Positions 26,365 to 28,400 of a DNA stretch of 28,400 nt are shown here, in pieces. The first letter of the stretch is position 1. Each line of letters opens with the position of its first letter. Under the pieces are notes generated by a model that was not told where the DNA came from, did no database searches, and worked only from the letters and a program-made list of their open reading frames with translations. Origin of the DNA: Flavobacteriaceae bacterium (GTDB lineage: Bacteria > Bacteroidota > Bacteroidia > Flavobacteriales > Flavobacteriaceae); contig JAAZXZ010000045.1 in the NCBI GenBank assembly GCA_014239895.1, positions 1 to 28,400 on the forward strand, written 5' to 3'. The position numbers were made by a program, and so were the translations under genes.

Positions 26365-27552
26365 TTATGAAATTACACCTGAACCAATTAATTCGTTTTC
26401 TATATACCATGCAACAAACTGTCCCTTAGTAATAGAAGACTGAGGTTTGTCAAATAAAACATATATTCCTTCTTTATACTTGAATAATCTTGCTTTTTGC
26501 AATGGTTGTCTATATCTAATTCTTGCCATTATAATCATAGATTCTTTGTAAGACAATTTTAAATCTTCTCTAACCCAATGCTCATCATTAGAATCAACTA
26601 ATAAAGCATCTCTATATAATCCTGGATGATCTTTTCCCATACCAACATATACAATATTATTTTCTACGTCAGTTTGTAAAACAAATAATGGTTTTTTAGA
26701 GCCTCCAATTCTTAATCCCTTTCTTTGTCCAATAGTAAAATAAAAAGCACCATTATGTTTTCCTACCTCTCTCCCATCACCAATTTTATAATTGATATTC
26801 CTGATACCTTTTATTAACTTTTCTTTTATTGTTAAAGAATTATCAGATTTTTTTTTATACAAATCACTAGAAGGATCTATTTCTATAATTAGCCCTTCTT
26901 TAGGTTTAAGTTTCTGCATTAAAAAGTCAGGCAATTTAACTTTACCTACAAAACATAAGCCTTGTGAGTCTTTCTTTTCTGCATTAACTAATCCAATATC
27001 ATTTGCAATCTTACGCACATCAGTTTTTTTTAAATTTCCAATTGGAAATAAAATCCTTGATAATTGTTTCTGATTAAGTTGGCAAAGAAAATATGATTGG
27101 TCCTTAGATTTATCAACACCAGAAATCAATTTATGTATAATATTTTTTTCCTTCTTCTCCCTGTTAATTCTTGAATAATGTCCAGTTGCAACAAAATCAG
27201 CACCAAGATCAAGCGCAATTTTCATAAATATGTCAAATTTTATTTCTCTATTACAAAGAATATCTGGATTTGGTGTTCTTCCATACTTGTATTCTCTAAA
27301 CATATATTGTATTATTCTGGTATTATATTCTTTACTAAGATCAACAGTATGAAATGGGATTTTTAAGTTTTGTGCAACTATCATTGCATCATTACTATCA
27401 TCTAGCCATGGACATTCCTTGGAGATAGTAACGGATTCATCATGCCAATTCTTCATAAATAGTCCTATAACATGATAGCCTTGCTTTTTTAATAAGTAAG
27501 CAGCAACACTAGAATCTACTCCACCTGAAAGAGCAATCACAACTTTTTTCAT
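26365..27552 (-). CDS. mnmA: tRNA-specific 2-thiouridylase
   Basis: [69 protein letters not shown]. Confidence 0.98.
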   Translation of the reverse strand: MKKVVIALSGGVDSSVAAYLLKKQGYHVIGLFMKNWHDESVTISKECPWLDDSNDAMIVAQNLKIPFHTVDLSKEYNTRIIQYMFREYKYGRTPNPDILCNREIKFDIFMKIALDLGADFVATGHYSRINREKKEKNIIHKLISGVDKSKDQSYFLCQLNQKQLSRILFPIGNLKKTDVRKIANDIGLVNAEKKDSQGLCFVGKVKLPDFLMQKLKPKEGLIIEIDPSSDLYKKKSDNSLTIKEKLIKGIRNINYKIGDGREVGKHNGAFYFTIGQRKGLRIGGSKKPLFVLQTDVENNIVYVGMGKDHPGLYRDALLVDSNDEHWVREDLKLSYKESMIIMARIRYRQPLQKARLFKYKEGIYVLFDKPQSSITKGQFVAWYIENELIGSGVIS

Positions 27553-27556
27553 TTTA

Positions 27557-27564
27557 TAAAATTA
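27557..27564 (-). promoter_or_regulatory. Putative variant -7 element for mnmA
   Basis: TAATTTTA on the minus strand, 4 nt before the ATG, the same geometry as rel and fur. No -33 match. Confidence 0.35.
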
Positions 27565-27604
27565 CAAATAATGGATGAAGATATCTTATTCTATTTATGG
27601 GTCA

Positions 27605-28138
27605 TTACAGAGAGTCAACAAAAATTGATAATGAATCAATAAACTTTTTATTCAAATCTTTATTTTTTATACCTGTTTGCTGATCAAAATTATTACTAAA
27701 ATTAGGTAAAGAGAAATATGGTATCTGATTAGGATTTCCTCTAGATATTCTATTATAAGCTATTTGAAGTACAGAAGAAGCTCCTCCTAATCCTTCAGAA
27801 GTTCCCATTAAGAACATTGGTTTATTATACCATACTACTTTCTCTATTCTAGAAATCCAATCAAAAACATTTTTAAATGCAGCGGTATATGCACCATTAT
27901 GTTCAGCAAATGAAATAATAATTCCATCTGCCTCCTTAATTATTTCTTTAAAATCATAAGCCTCTTTTGGAATACCATTAAGCCTCTCATAATCCTCGCT
28001 ATAAATAGACATTTCAAAATTATTAAGGTCTAATATAATACTATTAGAATTCTGTACTTGTTGAGCCGCATAAGTGGCTAACTTTTTATTTATTGAGTTT
28101 GAAGATGAACTTGCTCCAAAAGCTACAATTTTTTTCAA
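27605..28138 (-). CDS. NAD(P)H-dependent FMN reductase (flavodoxin-like fold)
   Basis: TTG start, GASSS..SIN..LA, ADGIIISFAEHNGAYTAAFKNVFDWISR, KP.FLMGTS.G..G. Confidence 0.9.
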   Translation of the reverse strand: MKKIVAFGASSSSNSINKKLATYAAQQVQNSNSIILDLNNFEMSIYSEDYERLNGIPKEAYDFKEIIKEADGIIISFAEHNGAYTAAFKNVFDWISRIEKVVWYNKPMFLMGTSEGLGGASSVLQIAYNRISRGNPNQIPYFSLPNFSNNFDQQTGIKNKDLNKKFIDSLSIFVDSL

Positions 28139-28160
28139 GTTGATATGGTTTTATTATTAC

Positions 28161-28400
28161 CTATTTTGGTTTATTTTTTTGTTTTTCTGCCTCTTCCATT
28201 AACTCTTGCATTTTTCTTTGAAAGCGGTTTGGTCCTTTTTGAGGCTTTGCTTTATTTATCTGAATTTTTTCCCGAATTTTTGCCTCATCTAGAATATAAT
28301 TTTTAATAACAAACATTATACTAATTGATAAAATATTTGAAATAAAATAATATAAACTTAACCCACTTGCATAATTATTAAAGAAAATTAACATAAAAAT
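28161..28400 (-). CDS. yidC: Membrane protein insertase YidC, C-terminal end (5' part outside window)
   Basis: FFNNYASGLSLYYFISNILSI is the last YidC TM region, followed by a basic tail ending RFQRKMQELMEEAEKQK. The frame is open to the window edge. Confidence 0.92.
   Translation of the reverse strand: MFMLIFFNNYASGLSLYYFISNILSISIMFVIKNYILDEAKIREKIQINKAKPQKGPNRFQRKMQELMEEAEKQKNKPK

Noticed and set aside
4513-27366. Short opposite-strand or alternate-frame ORFs in the ORF track (4513, 4933, 6529, 10628, 10844, 12342, 14427, 15428, 16914, 17605, 18626, 21297, 21519, 23348, 23641, 26792, 27178)
   Set aside because: All lie within well-supported genes on the other strand, have no recognisable motifs, and look like antisense shadows.
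27605-28138. FMN reductase between yidC and mnmA as a functional partner of tRNA thiolation or a horizontal insert
   Set aside because: Common family, composition like its neighbours, no mobility signatures, and no evidence beyond adjacency.
1-28400. CRISPR arrays, IS/integrase genes, tRNA/rRNA, dif or parS sites, recoded stop codons
   Set aside because: No intergenic space or matching motifs, and all genes read through under the standard bacterial code.

Overview
No mobile element, CRISPR array, RNA gene or defence island is visible. This is an AT-rich (about a quarter G+C in sampled lines), very compact housekeeping region of a Bacteroidota genome, most likely Flavobacteriales. Support for that assignment comes from TAnnTTTG promoter elements, a T9SS C-terminal domain, near absence of Shine-Dalgarno motifs and flavobacterial gene order. 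It holds 30 CDS, two of them partial (lepB 3' end and yidC 3' end), and only about 720 nt of intergenic DNA by my hand count. Gene order: lepB-wbqC > < EEP-rhomboid-rhomboid-mutL-hyp-ribH-TPR | recF-lipoprotein-dciA > < ndk | nrnA-PPIase > < pepD | DUF3810-trmH-rel-fur-purA-ostA-like-aminotransferase-TPR-DUF368-DUF368 > < S8/T9SS protease-mnmA-FMN reductase-yidC. The best leads are fine-scale. MutL has lost its endonuclease motifs but keeps the clamp motif. The -7 promoter elements of rel, fur and mnmA sit exactly 4 nt before the ATG, suggesting leaderless mRNAs. A class III aminotransferase has 67 conserved N-terminal codons but no canonical start (probable ATA start). A near-perfect palindrome lies between pepD and the DUF3810 metallopeptidase. 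Two tandem DUF368 (UndP translocase family) paralogs have divergent signature motifs, and one rhomboid has a degenerate oxyanion motif. I cannot claim a wholly new system from this sequence alone.
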